Shown here: piece by piece, positions 28,923-37,088 of the stretch
Numbering within the stretch: position 1 is the stretch's first letter
Layout of the letters: each line of letters opens with the position of its first letter
Source: a virus
Lineage: Duplodnaviria > Caudoviricetes
Length of the DNA stretch: 64,000 nucleotides
IMG/VR virus record: IMGVR_UViG_2848732850_000001
Coordinates: 2,123-66,122 of that record
Direction: 5' to 3' (one strand)
Position numbers and translations under genes: made by a program
Notes under the pieces: model-generated
Databases searched by the model: none
Told to the model about the DNA's origin: nothing
Seen by the model: the letters and a program-made list of their open reading frames with translations, nothing else

Positions 28923-30442
28923 TGACGAAAACTACGCCTTTTACATACGTATCTCTATTTTCGGGTATAGGCGGATTCGAACAGGCGCTAAATAAACTCG
29001 GAGGCACTTGCGTACTAGCTTCCGAGATTGATAAATTTGCAAATCAGGCGTATGAAGTGTTATACGGACATAAAACGGTAGGGGACATAACGAAAGTACA
29101 GGCGGAAGATGTACCAGATCATGACATATTAGTCGGGGGTTTTCCGTGTCAATCGTTCAGTGTTGCGGGGAAACGGGGCGGATTTGACGATGCAAGAGGG
29201 ACGTTATTTTTCGAAATGGCTCGGATTGCAGACGCTAAAAATCCGAAGGTAATACTCGCAGAAAATGTTAAGGGGCTTGTAGGACATGACAAAGGTAAGA
29301 CACTTGATACGATTATTAAAACGCTTAATGACATCGGATATCGCGTAGACTTTATCGTCCTAAACTCGAAATACTTCGGAGTACCGCAGAACAGGGAGCG
29401 GATTTTCTTAATCGGAATACGGGAGGACTTAATCGAAAATGAGCCATGGACTGACGTTAAAGGGACGACTGTTGTCCCGAAAGGTAAGCGAAGGATTAGC
29501 GGATACGACGATGTAAAGACATTTAATTTTGATTGGCCCACGCAGACGGAAGTTACTACGCGACTACGCGACGTATTAGAAACGGAAGTGGACGAAAAGT
29601 ATTATTTATCGGAAGAAAAAACTGCGAAGTTGATTGCGCAGTTACACGTAAAATACCCGATAGATAGAGACGGAGAGGTGAGCGGAATTTGTACGGACTC
29701 CAATATTTCCCCTACCGTGGACGCAAGTTACGCAAAGGGTATGGGTCCGAGCGACATACCGTTAAATAGGCATCGACGCACACACGTGGCAGAGCCACAA
29801 ATGGTCGGGCACTGTGACATTAAAGGACATGACGCCCTCCTTACGACAATGGGTGAAGGACATCGCGAGCCTAAAATTGCGGAGAACCAGTCGGAAGTTG
29901 ACGAGAGGTATTATTTACTGGAAGAAAAGACGGCGAAGTTGGTGGCGCAGTTAGAAAGTAAGGAACCGTCAATATTACAGCTCCCTAGAGGAAATAATAA
30001 AGGCGGAGTACACGAACTAAGCCCAACTGTTACTTCTAACTACTTCCAAGGAAATAACTTACTAAGCGAACCGCAAATGGTTGGTCATCGAGAGCCTAAG
30101 ATTGCGGAAGCTAAGGAAATAAGACCAGTCCTTACGCCAGACCGACTTAACAAGCGACAAAACGGGCGTAGGTTTAAAGAGGATGGCGAAGAATCATTTA
30201 CGTTAACTTCGCAAGACAGGCACGGAGTTGTGGAAGGAGTACCGCCGAAATCTTATCGTATCCGCAAGCTTACTCCGTTAGAAACATGGCGACTGCAAGG
30301 ATTTCCAGACGAAGCACACGAAGCCGTCAAGCAAGCAGGCATCAGCGACTCACAACGTTACAAAATGGCGGGGAATGCTGTCACGGTTAACGTAATTACG
30401 GCGCTAGGACAACGACTTATTTCGTACCTGAATCCGAACTAA
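28922..30442 (+). CDS. C5-cytosine DNA methyltransferase, probably multispecific
   Basis: FSGIGG, GFPCQ, ENV, PQNRER, RLQGF, YK.AGNAV; long variable region with repeats. Confidence 0.95.
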   Translation: MTKTTPFTYVSLFSGIGGFEQALNKLGGTCVLASEIDKFANQAYEVLYGHKTVGDITKVQAEDVPDHDILVGGFPCQSFSVAGKRGGFDDARGTLFFEMARIADAKNPKVILAENVKGLVGHDKGKTLDTIIKTLNDIGYRVDFIVLNSKYFGVPQNRERIFLIGIREDLIENEPWTDVKGTTVVPKGKRRISGYDDVKTFNFDWPTQTEVTTRLRDVLETEVDEKYYLSEEKTAKLIAQLHVKYPIDRDGEVSGICTDSNISPTVDASYAKGMGPSDIPLNRHRRTHVAEPQMVGHCDIKGHDALLTTMGEGHREPKIAENQSEVDERYYLLEEKTAKLVAQLESKEPSILQLPRGNNKGGVHELSPTVTSNYFQGNNLLSEPQMVGHREPKIAEAKEIRPVLTPDRLNKRQNGRRFKEDGEESFTLTSQDRHGVVEGVPPKSYRIRKLTPLETWRLQGFPDEAHEAVKQAGISDSQRYKMAGNAVTVNVITALGQRLISYLNPN

Positions 30443-30821
30443 CAAGCCGAAAAATAAACACGTTCCCGTCCGAACTGCCACGATCATACGCAAACTCATA
30501 CGGCGCTGATTCCATCGAGTACGCATAGTCCTTCGCAAACCTACGTGCAGATAAATAATAACGCTTATCTACGACGTATTGGGCTGTACTTGCATGGACG
30601 TCGGCGTTAATTAAGTGCGCGCTAGGTTTGACGATGGCTAGCGCTTTTTCAGCCGGATTATATGCGATAGATAACCGATGATACGGCTTAATATCGAGTA
30701 GCTTGCGTGTAGTTGCGTTTAGGTAAAAGCGACGTTGTCGGTCGAGCGTGATAAATGGTGACCCGTCGGAAGGGACGAATTCAAAGCCGGATAATAGGTC
30801 GGCAGTTGTAGTTTCGGACAT
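30417..30821 (-). CDS. Hypothetical protein with own sigmaA promoter
   Basis: RBS GGAGTG before ATG 30821; TTGACT-N17-TATAAT at 30854-30882 (minus). Confidence 0.65.
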   Translation of the reverse strand: MSETTTADLLSGFEFVPSDGSPFITLDRQRRFYLNATTRKLLDIKPYHRLSIAYNPAEKALAIVKPSAHLINADVHASTAQYVVDKRYYLSARRFAKDYAYSMESAPYEFAYDRGSSDGNVFIFRLVSSDSGTK

Positions 30822-30913
30822 ATGTAACACTCCGATCAATTTAGTTTACGGACATTATAACGTAACAAAGACGATAAGTCAACGCAAAACAAAAGACGCC
30901 TCGTTTAGACGTC

Positions 30914-31183
30914 CTAGTAATTGTAATATAGATTGTCTCCGAAGAAACTAATTTGCGCTTGTTCCTCGACGAAGTTATATAACCCTTCGTCTTTTATGTC
31001 GTAAACCTTCGTCAAAGTTCCGTTTTTGACTAGGCGCTCAAGGGCGCGAGTAAAGCGGTTATCTTTAACGGTGCTTGCGCCTAACTCATAACCTAAGTTG
31101 TGAGCTATGTCTAAAGCACTGTTTGGTAATTTTATATAGTCATAAACACCTTTAATTTTTATTTCGTTCATTAGTACGTTCAT
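30914..31183 (-). CDS. Moron-like hypothetical protein
   Basis: TTGATT-N17-TATAAT at 31218-31246 (minus), RBS AAGGGGAA, terminator ~30890-30915. Confidence 0.65.
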   Translation of the reverse strand: MNVLMNEIKIKGVYDYIKLPNSALDIAHNLGYELGASTVKDNRFTRALERLVKNGTLTKVYDIKDEGLYNFVEEQAQISFFGDNLYYNY

Positions 31184-31297
31184 TTTTTCATTCCCCTTTT
31201 CTTTTGTTGTTAATTAAATTATAACATCTTTTCTGTTGAAAATCAACCGAAATTTATATAAAAATGGGAAAATTTAACGAAGGGAAGGCGATATATA

Positions 31298-32848
31298 TTG
31301 TTTAACGAGGAGAACAAGGATTTTTACCCCACGCCTAAAGATCTGTTTTATAAACTGATGAATGGAACTAGATATATAAGCGGTAGAATTTTAGAGCCGT
31401 CCGCCGGAAAAGGTGACTTGATTCGATATATAAAAGAATTAAATCGTAATGTAAAAATAGACGCAATAGAAAGGGACAGCCGTTTATCGGGTCTGCTAAT
31501 GGGCGAAGGAATTAACGTCGTATGGGATGACTTTCTCACGTATAAAACGTATAAAGAATACGACCTTATCGTAATGAATCCACCATTTAGCAACGGAGTA
31601 GACCACGCTTTGAAGGCGTTGGAGTTAGTGGAAAATCAACTGAGTGCTTGCGAAGTTTATATAATACTAAATAAAGAAACGCTTAACAACGCCTATTCCA
31701 ATAAAAGACAAGAGTTGTTGCGTAAGCTAAACGAACACAACGCAGAAATTAGGTACGTAAAGGACGCTTTTACTTCTGCTGAACGAAAAACGGACGTAGA
31801 GGTTGCGTTAATTAACGTTGTAATCGCAAATAAAGGAGAAGGCAAGTCGATATACGACGATATTCCGTTTATTAGGCGAGAGGAAACGGAAGGCGCTGCC
31901 TCACTAGAAACAGCGTTGTCTACATACGTTAAAAGTAACGAAGTTAAGGCGAAAATTAACGACATAGAACGTTTAGTGCTTGAGTACGAAAAGGCGTGCG
32001 AGGTTGCTAAAACGTCGTACAAGGTTATGCGTAATAAGTCCTCTCTGTTTAGTTATTTCGGTAAAGTAAACAAGAAAGACAGCGAAATTGGTTCGCCTTT
32101 TACTTACGTGACCAAAAAAGAGTATACCGCAGAAGATTTAAACAACGAGCTAGATAGTTTAAGACGGATTTATTGGGAGTTAATTTTAGATACAGGCGAA
32201 TTTAAAGAGCTGTTAACAAACGAGTCAAGACAGAAGCTAACCCGCCAATTAGAGGTAGCAAACGAAATGGAGATAAATATAACAAACATTAAAACGTTGT
32301 TAACTGCTCTAGGCGCAAACCGTGAAGATATGTTAATCGACTCTATTATTTCGATGTTTGAACGTATTACACAGTACCATATGAATCAGTACTCGACTAA
32401 CATCCACTATTACGACGGATGGAAAACGAACAACGCTTATAAAATTAACAAAAAGATAATCATTCCGATACAACGAGGCGGCTTTGACGAATGGGATTAT
32501 AGAGAGGATTTCGGCATTTTATGTATGGGCGTCAGAGAGTTTATAGAGGACATCGTAAAAGCGTTCCAACTGATCGACCCTTCCGTGTCAAACGAATTTA
32601 CTTACGTAGCTAGAGGAGAGTTTGAAAACGACTTACTCCGTTTTAAAATGTTTAACAACGGTAATATCCACGTTTGGTTTAAACGCTTTGACTTGCTAAA
32701 CAGGCTTAATTATATATGTGGTAGTCACTTCAACTGGATTCCGTCCGAGGACGAAGTTAAAACGGACAGCAAAGCACGGGAATTTGTCGTCAAGGAATTC
32801 GGAGAAGGCGTCTTATCAAGCGGATTGTTAGTCGGAGGTGCTTCGTAA
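31298..32848 (+). CDS. Putative N6-adenine methyltransferase with DUF4942-like C-terminus
   Basis: DFYPTP, ILEPSAGKG, MNPPF; C-terminal KMFNNGNIHVWF...LN. Confidence 0.85.
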   Translation: MFNEENKDFYPTPKDLFYKLMNGTRYISGRILEPSAGKGDLIRYIKELNRNVKIDAIERDSRLSGLLMGEGINVVWDDFLTYKTYKEYDLIVMNPPFSNGVDHALKALELVENQLSACEVYIILNKETLNNAYSNKRQELLRKLNEHNAEIRYVKDAFTSAERKTDVEVALINVVIANKGEGKSIYDDIPFIRREETEGAASLETALSTYVKSNEVKAKINDIERLVLEYEKACEVAKTSYKVMRNKSSLFSYFGKVNKKDSEIGSPFTYVTKKEYTAEDLNNELDSLRRIYWELILDTGEFKELLTNESRQKLTRQLEVANEMEINITNIKTLLTALGANREDMLIDSIISMFERITQYHMNQYSTNIHYYDGWKTNNAYKINKKIIIPIQRGGFDEWDYREDFGILCMGVREFIEDIVKAFQLIDPSVSNEFTYVARGEFENDLLRFKMFNNGNIHVWFKRFDLLNRLNYICGSHFNWIPSEDEVKTDSKAREFVVKEFGEGVLSSGLLVGGAS

Positions 32849-33504
32849 TGAGCGAGGAGACCACCTACAAAGAACGCTTACAAGACGACTATAACCGTAT
32901 ACGCACGCAAGTAAAGGCGGGCGAACTTCCGCAGCCAGCCCGCAACCAAGCGATAGACGAAGCGGTGAGTGCGTATGTCCTAGCGCAGGATACGGAGTTT
33001 GAACGTAAGGGGGATCGCGCGCCCATTGCGTTTAGGGATGCGAACATGCTCGATCGATTCGCAAATTTAATCCTACACGAAGATTTGACGTGGAGTCATC
33101 CGGATAAAATGAGTATCGTGGAGTATCCGGTGATGAGTGACGCGCAAGAATGTCGGAGGGAGCGTAAATATAGACCGTCTGATAACGTTTATTACGATAG
33201 TGGGCAGTTTAGCGGTAGGAAAACGGGCTACGACATGGGAGAGGACGGAGAACTTGGAAAGAAAACGTCGAGCCCCGTATTTAGTCCGATACATAACGAG
33301 GAAATTAATCGAAAAGACGTAAGTATAGACGTGCTTACGTTGTTAGATGACGCAGGATTGACGACTAGGCAACGAGAGGCGGTCGAGTTGGTATATTTCG
33401 AGGGATTGACGCAGGAGCAGGCGGCTGAGCGGATGGGCATACACAAAGCAAACGTCAATGCTTACGTGGGGTTTGCGTTAGATAAACTGCGGGTGGTTAC
33501 GTAA
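32848..33504 (+). CDS. Sigma-70 region 4-like transcription factor
   Basis: LTTRQREAVELVYFEGLTQEQAAERMGI...V...ALDKL. Confidence 0.82.
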   Translation: MSEETTYKERLQDDYNRIRTQVKAGELPQPARNQAIDEAVSAYVLAQDTEFERKGDRAPIAFRDANMLDRFANLILHEDLTWSHPDKMSIVEYPVMSDAQECRRERKYRPSDNVYYDSGQFSGRKTGYDMGEDGELGKKTSSPVFSPIHNEEINRKDVSIDVLTLLDDAGLTTRQREAVELVYFEGLTQEQAAERMGIHKANVNAYVGFALDKLRVVT

Positions 33505-33536
33505 AAAGCCTACTCCTTTATTGGGGTAGGCTTTTT
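33503..33536. terminator. Bidirectional intrinsic terminator at left edge of island
   Basis: AAAAAGCCTACTCC-loop-GGGGTAGGCTTTTT between convergent genes. Confidence 0.85.
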
Positions 33537-33537
33537 A

Positions 33538-33861
33538 TTAGTCATCCATTGAAAAAGCTATAACTTTTTCTTTCGCTTCTTCACCCTCATTTATCCATTC
33601 AGCTAGAAAATAAGCTCTAATAGTTTGTGTTTCTTCACCTTCTACCTTAAACTCAACACTTAATTCTTTATAAATGTTGAAAAAATTAATGGTTTCATAG
33701 TCTTTTTCTATATACGAAACCAGGCTATCTCTTGAAAAATTATTGTCTTCAAGGTAATCTTCGATATCTTTTACCATATCTTCCAAGCAATCCTCGTGAT
33801 AATATATACCCAAGAAACAATTAGCCAGTGTTTTAACGTCACTATATTGCAAAGATTCCAT
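33538..33861 (-). CDS. Small acidic protein, anti-defence candidate
   Basis: 107 aa, D/E-rich, RBS AAGGGGAA, island context. Confidence 0.7.
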   Translation of the reverse strand: MESLQYSDVKTLANCFLGIYYHEDCLEDMVKDIEDYLEDNNFSRDSLVSYIEKDYETINFFNIYKELSVEFKVEGEETQTIRAYFLAEWINEGEEAKEKVIAFSMDD

Positions 33862-33921
33862 TTCAATTCCCCTTTTCTTTTTTCATTCTAAGGCAGTGAG
33901 TTAGTCACTACCTGTATTTGT

Positions 33922-34296
33922 TTAATAAACAACCTCAATTACTACCGCGTCCTCTATAACAACCTCACCAACGTCTAAATCATCATCTTTGTTAACGTCT
34001 CTATTGCCTGCTATTATGTAGCAGTGATAACTGTCGTACTCGCTATCAAAGTCGTCAAATTCGTGTATGTTCCATGCGCTTGTGCCGTCAAATAGCTTCA
34101 TTTCTTCGTATTCTTCTGTTCCGTACTCGGGCATTTCTCTTTCATCCTCCCGATCTGAGTTGTGACGGCTACGCTCGCAGATGTCTCCGACTTGGCGCTC
34201 TTTATCTTCGAAACGTACGCCAATTACATCGTACTCAATTTCGTCGTTTTCCCACTGCTCAATGATTCTTTCAACAACTTCTTTTAGGTTTTTCAT
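33922..34296 (-). CDS. Very acidic small protein, DNA-mimic/Acr candidate
   Basis: 124 aa, roughly one third D/E; RBS AGGAGG; first gene after a near-consensus promoter. Confidence 0.75.
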   Translation of the reverse strand: MKNLKEVVERIIEQWENDEIEYDVIGVRFEDKERQVGDICERSRHNSDREDEREMPEYGTEEYEEMKLFDGTSAWNIHEFDDFDSEYDSYHCYIIAGNRDVNKDDDLDVGEVVIEDAVVIEVVY

Positions 34297-34337
34297 TTCT
34301 ATTCCTCCTGTGATTTTGAATTCTTTTCCTTAACTTC

Positions 34338-34429
34338 TGATTTCATTATAATATACATTGAAATCAAAGTCAACACTTTTGATATAAAAAATTTGATATT
34401 TGAATTCTTTTTATAGTACAATGATATCA
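34338..34429. promoter_or_regulatory. Divergent promoters with TGAWWTCA boxes
   Basis: Minus TTGACT-N17-TATAAT (34345-34373); TGATTTCA 34338, TGAAATCA 34359, TGATATCA 34422. Confidence 0.7.
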
Positions 34430-34460
34430 AACAAAGATATTAAAGGAGATTATTATTATT

Positions 34461-34670
34461 ATGAAAAAAACTAATGAACGTACAGTAGCTAATATTTATA
34501 AAGACACAAGGGAGCTACTTAATGACTTTAAGACAAAGTACGAATTAAAAAGTGATGACCAAGCTATACGCTTTTTATGCCATTCTTTTGATGAGGAAAA
34601 AGGAAAAATGCTAAAAACTTATCTCGAGGTTAAAAAAGGGAAGAAAGGAGAGTCGCAAAACGATGAATGA
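34461..34670 (+). CDS. Putative ribbon-helix-helix regulator
   Basis: RTVANIYKDTRELLNDFK...SDDQAIRFL beta-alpha-alpha pattern. Confidence 0.55.
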   Translation: MKKTNERTVANIYKDTRELLNDFKTKYELKSDDQAIRFLCHSFDEEKGKMLKTYLEVKKGKKGESQNDE

Positions 34671-36003
34671 AACCGTACATGTAAAAGTATACTTTTCTGG
34701 TCGCTGTCCTCGTTGCAACCGATATAACGAGGAATTAACTTATGATTACGGCGTAAAGCCGTATAAAGATGTGGAAAAAGAAATGGATAAGGTAAACCAT
34801 AAAGTACAAGACATGTTATGTAAGTACTGCTCAACAGATTTTGCACCAGAGTCTCTTATATATAAGGAGACATTAGCGGACGTCAAGCTTGCACAAGTGG
34901 CGATAAATTACGACAACACGCTTGATGCCGAAACAAGTCGTCTATTAAATGCAGCGCATGCCAATCGGTTTGATTTTTTTAAACAACACGAGTCAGAGTT
35001 TTGGGACGGATTTGTCGCTCAAGCCTTACAAAACTGGCGTGACAGTATAAACGAGTTACAACCGCATGAGTTATTAGCAGGGTTAAATGCTTTAAATATA
35101 CCAACTAACGGACGTACAGCAAATCAATTAAAGCGTGAGGTACTAAACCGAGTAAAAACAACGGAGCAAAAAGCAAAATTTTGGCGATCAGCTAACCATG
35201 ACTATGTTTATAACCAACTCTTGGATATAGGTCCAATGGGATGGGACGTTGAAACAGAGATAAAACAATTTGGTCAATTGCGTACAAGATATGCTGTACT
35301 CAATTATCCAATGGAGGAGGTACAAGAGCGCCTGCGTACGGATATGATTGGTAAAGTAGTGCGTAAAGATCGTGGAGATAACGCCTTTTTATTTAAACGC
35401 ATTGCTCAATTGTCTGACGATTTTAGTCGTCTGTCTAAAAAACTACTGGACAGATATCATCAGATGCAGGAGTTGCGTGCTGAGATAGATGATAAAAATA
35501 TATTGATACATGAGTTGCGTCAGGCTCTTAAAAACGAGAGAACTAATAAAAATATTGTTAGCCGTGATCCAGATGACATCCGTAAAATACATGAGTTAAA
35601 AAGTCTCGTTAATGAGTTGAACGAGGTAAAGGGAGGGGAAAAAGAAGAACCGAAAGAGGTTGTTATCGAGGAAACTCCTATCAAAGCCGAATCAGCACAA
35701 CCAGCGGAAAAACGTAGCTTAGAGGGTAAAACCATTGGAATAATTGGTGGAAACCGGTCTGAGCAAGCCGAGCAAATAACGGAGTGCAATATATTGACTC
35801 ATGGAGGTAACGACCAAGATCATGAGTTTGATGCCTTGCTAAACGAGTCGGACGAGCTAGTTATACTAACCCGTTTTGTCTCACATGCAGCGATGTGGAA
35901 AGCAAAAGCGCATGCTATTACTGAGGGAAAACCGATACATTATATTAAATCAATTAACATACATCGTATCTTAGATGAGATAAAAACAATCACTACAACC
36001 TAG
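34663..36003 (+). CDS. Zn-ribbon / coiled-coil / DUF2325-like C-terminal domain protein
   Basis: CPRC..CKYC; heptads ~250-325; IGIIGG...D..VILTRFVSH.AMW.AK..A...GKP. Confidence 0.7.
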   Translation: MNETVHVKVYFSGRCPRCNRYNEELTYDYGVKPYKDVEKEMDKVNHKVQDMLCKYCSTDFAPESLIYKETLADVKLAQVAINYDNTLDAETSRLLNAAHANRFDFFKQHESEFWDGFVAQALQNWRDSINELQPHELLAGLNALNIPTNGRTANQLKREVLNRVKTTEQKAKFWRSANHDYVYNQLLDIGPMGWDVETEIKQFGQLRTRYAVLNYPMEEVQERLRTDMIGKVVRKDRGDNAFLFKRIAQLSDDFSRLSKKLLDRYHQMQELRAEIDDKNILIHELRQALKNERTNKNIVSRDPDDIRKIHELKSLVNELNEVKGGEKEEPKEVVIEETPIKAESAQPAEKRSLEGKTIGIIGGNRSEQAEQITECNILTHGGNDQDHEFDALLNESDELVILTRFVSHAAMWKAKAHAITEGKPIHYIKSINIHRILDEIKTITTT

Positions 36004-36036
36004 TAACCTGTTGGTATGGCTGTAGTGATGTTTAAA

Positions 36037-36065
36037 TTGACAGTACCTAAAATGTATTATATACT
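36037..36065 (+). promoter_or_regulatory. SigmaA promoter driving the solitary CRISPR repeat
   Basis: TTGACA-N17-TATACT, 11 nt upstream of the repeat; no ORF downstream on +. Confidence 0.85.
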
Positions 36066-36076
36066 TTATATATATA

Positions 36077-36138
36077 GTCGCCCGAGCAGGGCGTGGATTG
36101 AAACAATCTATTAGTAATGTAGACTAAAGGGTTTGTTA
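36077..36138 (+). CRISPR. Solitary type I-C-like CRISPR repeat (36077-36104) plus 34-nt spacer-like segment
   Basis: GTCGCCCGAGCAGGGCGTGGATTGAAAC: I-C-type 5' GTCGC and 3' GCGTGGATTGAAA(C/T), stem CGCCC/GGGCG; no second repeat and no cas genes. Confidence 0.85.
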
Positions 36139-36172
36139 AAAGAAGAGTGCCTATGTGGTGCTCTTCTTTCTT
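36139..36172 (+). terminator. Intrinsic terminator closing the repeat transcript
   Basis: AAAGAAGAGTGCC-TATGT-GGTGCTCTTCTTT; two G-U pairs form only on the + strand RNA. Confidence 0.75.
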
Positions 36173-36485
36173 ATTCATATGATTTGTCCTGAAGATACTC
36201 TTGATAAGAGTGGATCAACATCAACTGGATTTTATCGTCAACGGATGGATAAAAACCCCCGTATTTTTCAAAATCTTCAACCGAACAATAGTCCATCCTA
36301 GGACTCGGTGCGTATTGTCCTCCATACCGCAAGTATTTCCTTGCTTGTTTTTCGTCTATATGGTGACTTATTTCAAAATCACCGTATTTTTTTTCGAAGT
36401 GCTCGCCTACTTTATCTGATTCATATGCTAACATTGATTTATCGTTAGCGAATCCTCTACCTGAATAAACTAAGAATTTAATCAT
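36171..36485 (-). CDS. Small hypothetical protein, anti-defence candidate
   Basis: 104 aa, RBS AAGGGGAA, second gene under the operator-bearing promoter. Confidence 0.7.
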   Translation of the reverse strand: MIKFLVYSGRGFANDKSMLAYESDKVGEHFEKKYGDFEISHHIDEKQARKYLRYGGQYAPSPRMDYCSVEDFEKYGGFYPSVDDKIQLMLIHSYQEYLQDKSYE

Positions 36486-36544
36486 GTCTGTTTCCCCTTT
36501 TCTTTTTATTATAAGGCAGCGATTAACTTGCTGCCTTTATTTAA

Positions 36545-36757
36545 TTAATCTAAGCTAATAACGTTCCCGTTTCCGTCTTCCCATCCGTTAACATCTTCAC
36601 CGTTGTTTAAGTCTTCGATGATTTGTTCTTGGTCTTCTACAGTGGCGGGGTTGATTGTTCCCACTACCTTACCATTTTGGACTATTTCAAATTCGTGCAA
36701 ATCACCATCAAAATCTTTTTCCTCTACAGTGTAAGTTTCTCTAACCCATGTTCTCAT
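36545..36757 (-). CDS. Small acidic protein, Acr candidate
   Basis: 70 aa, 18 D/E vs 4 K/R; RBS AGGAGG. Confidence 0.75.
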   Translation of the reverse strand: MRTWVRETYTVEEKDFDGDLHEFEIVQNGKVVGTINPATVEDQEQIIEDLNNGEDVNGWEDGNGNVISLD

Positions 36758-36813
36758 TTTTTAGTTCCTCCTATGTTTTTTATTTTTTTATAGTATCTCT
36801 TGTTGTTAATACT

Positions 36814-36842
36814 ATTATATAACCTTATAAGGTTAATGCCAA
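36814..36842 (-). promoter_or_regulatory. SigmaA promoter with palindromic operator
   Basis: TTGGCA-N17-TATAAT; spacer contains perfect palindrome TAACCTTATAAGGTTA (36820-36835). Confidence 0.85.
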
Positions 36843-36860
36843 CAGGAAAATGAAAGTTTT

Positions 36861-37088
36861 TTATTCTTTTTCTCCAAACCAGTATTCCATGGCTTGTACA
36901 CTTATGATCCATTCTTTTCGCTTGCCATCTGGCTTTTGGAAATACTTTATAAGCCCTTGATCTATTAATCGGTCAATAGATTCTTGACCAACAACAGACG
37001 GCTTTAATTTATTTTTTACTGTTTCTAAGGACACCCCCCAACGGTGGGCGGCTTCCGATGGTGACATATAATTATTTATTTCTTTCAC
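36861..37088 (-). CDS. Small HTH protein, Aca-like repressor candidate
   Basis: MSPSEAAHRWGVSLETVKNKL HTH and WIIS..AM..WFG tail; last gene of its operon. Confidence 0.75.
   Translation of the reverse strand: MKEINNYMSPSEAAHRWGVSLETVKNKLKPSVVGQESIDRLIDQGLIKYFQKPDGKRKEWIISVQAMEYWFGEKE

Noticed and set aside
36077-36172. Conventional multi-repeat CRISPR array or phage-encoded cas locus
   Set aside because: Only one repeat found; the downstream hairpin lacks GTCGC/ATTGAAA; no cas genes in the window
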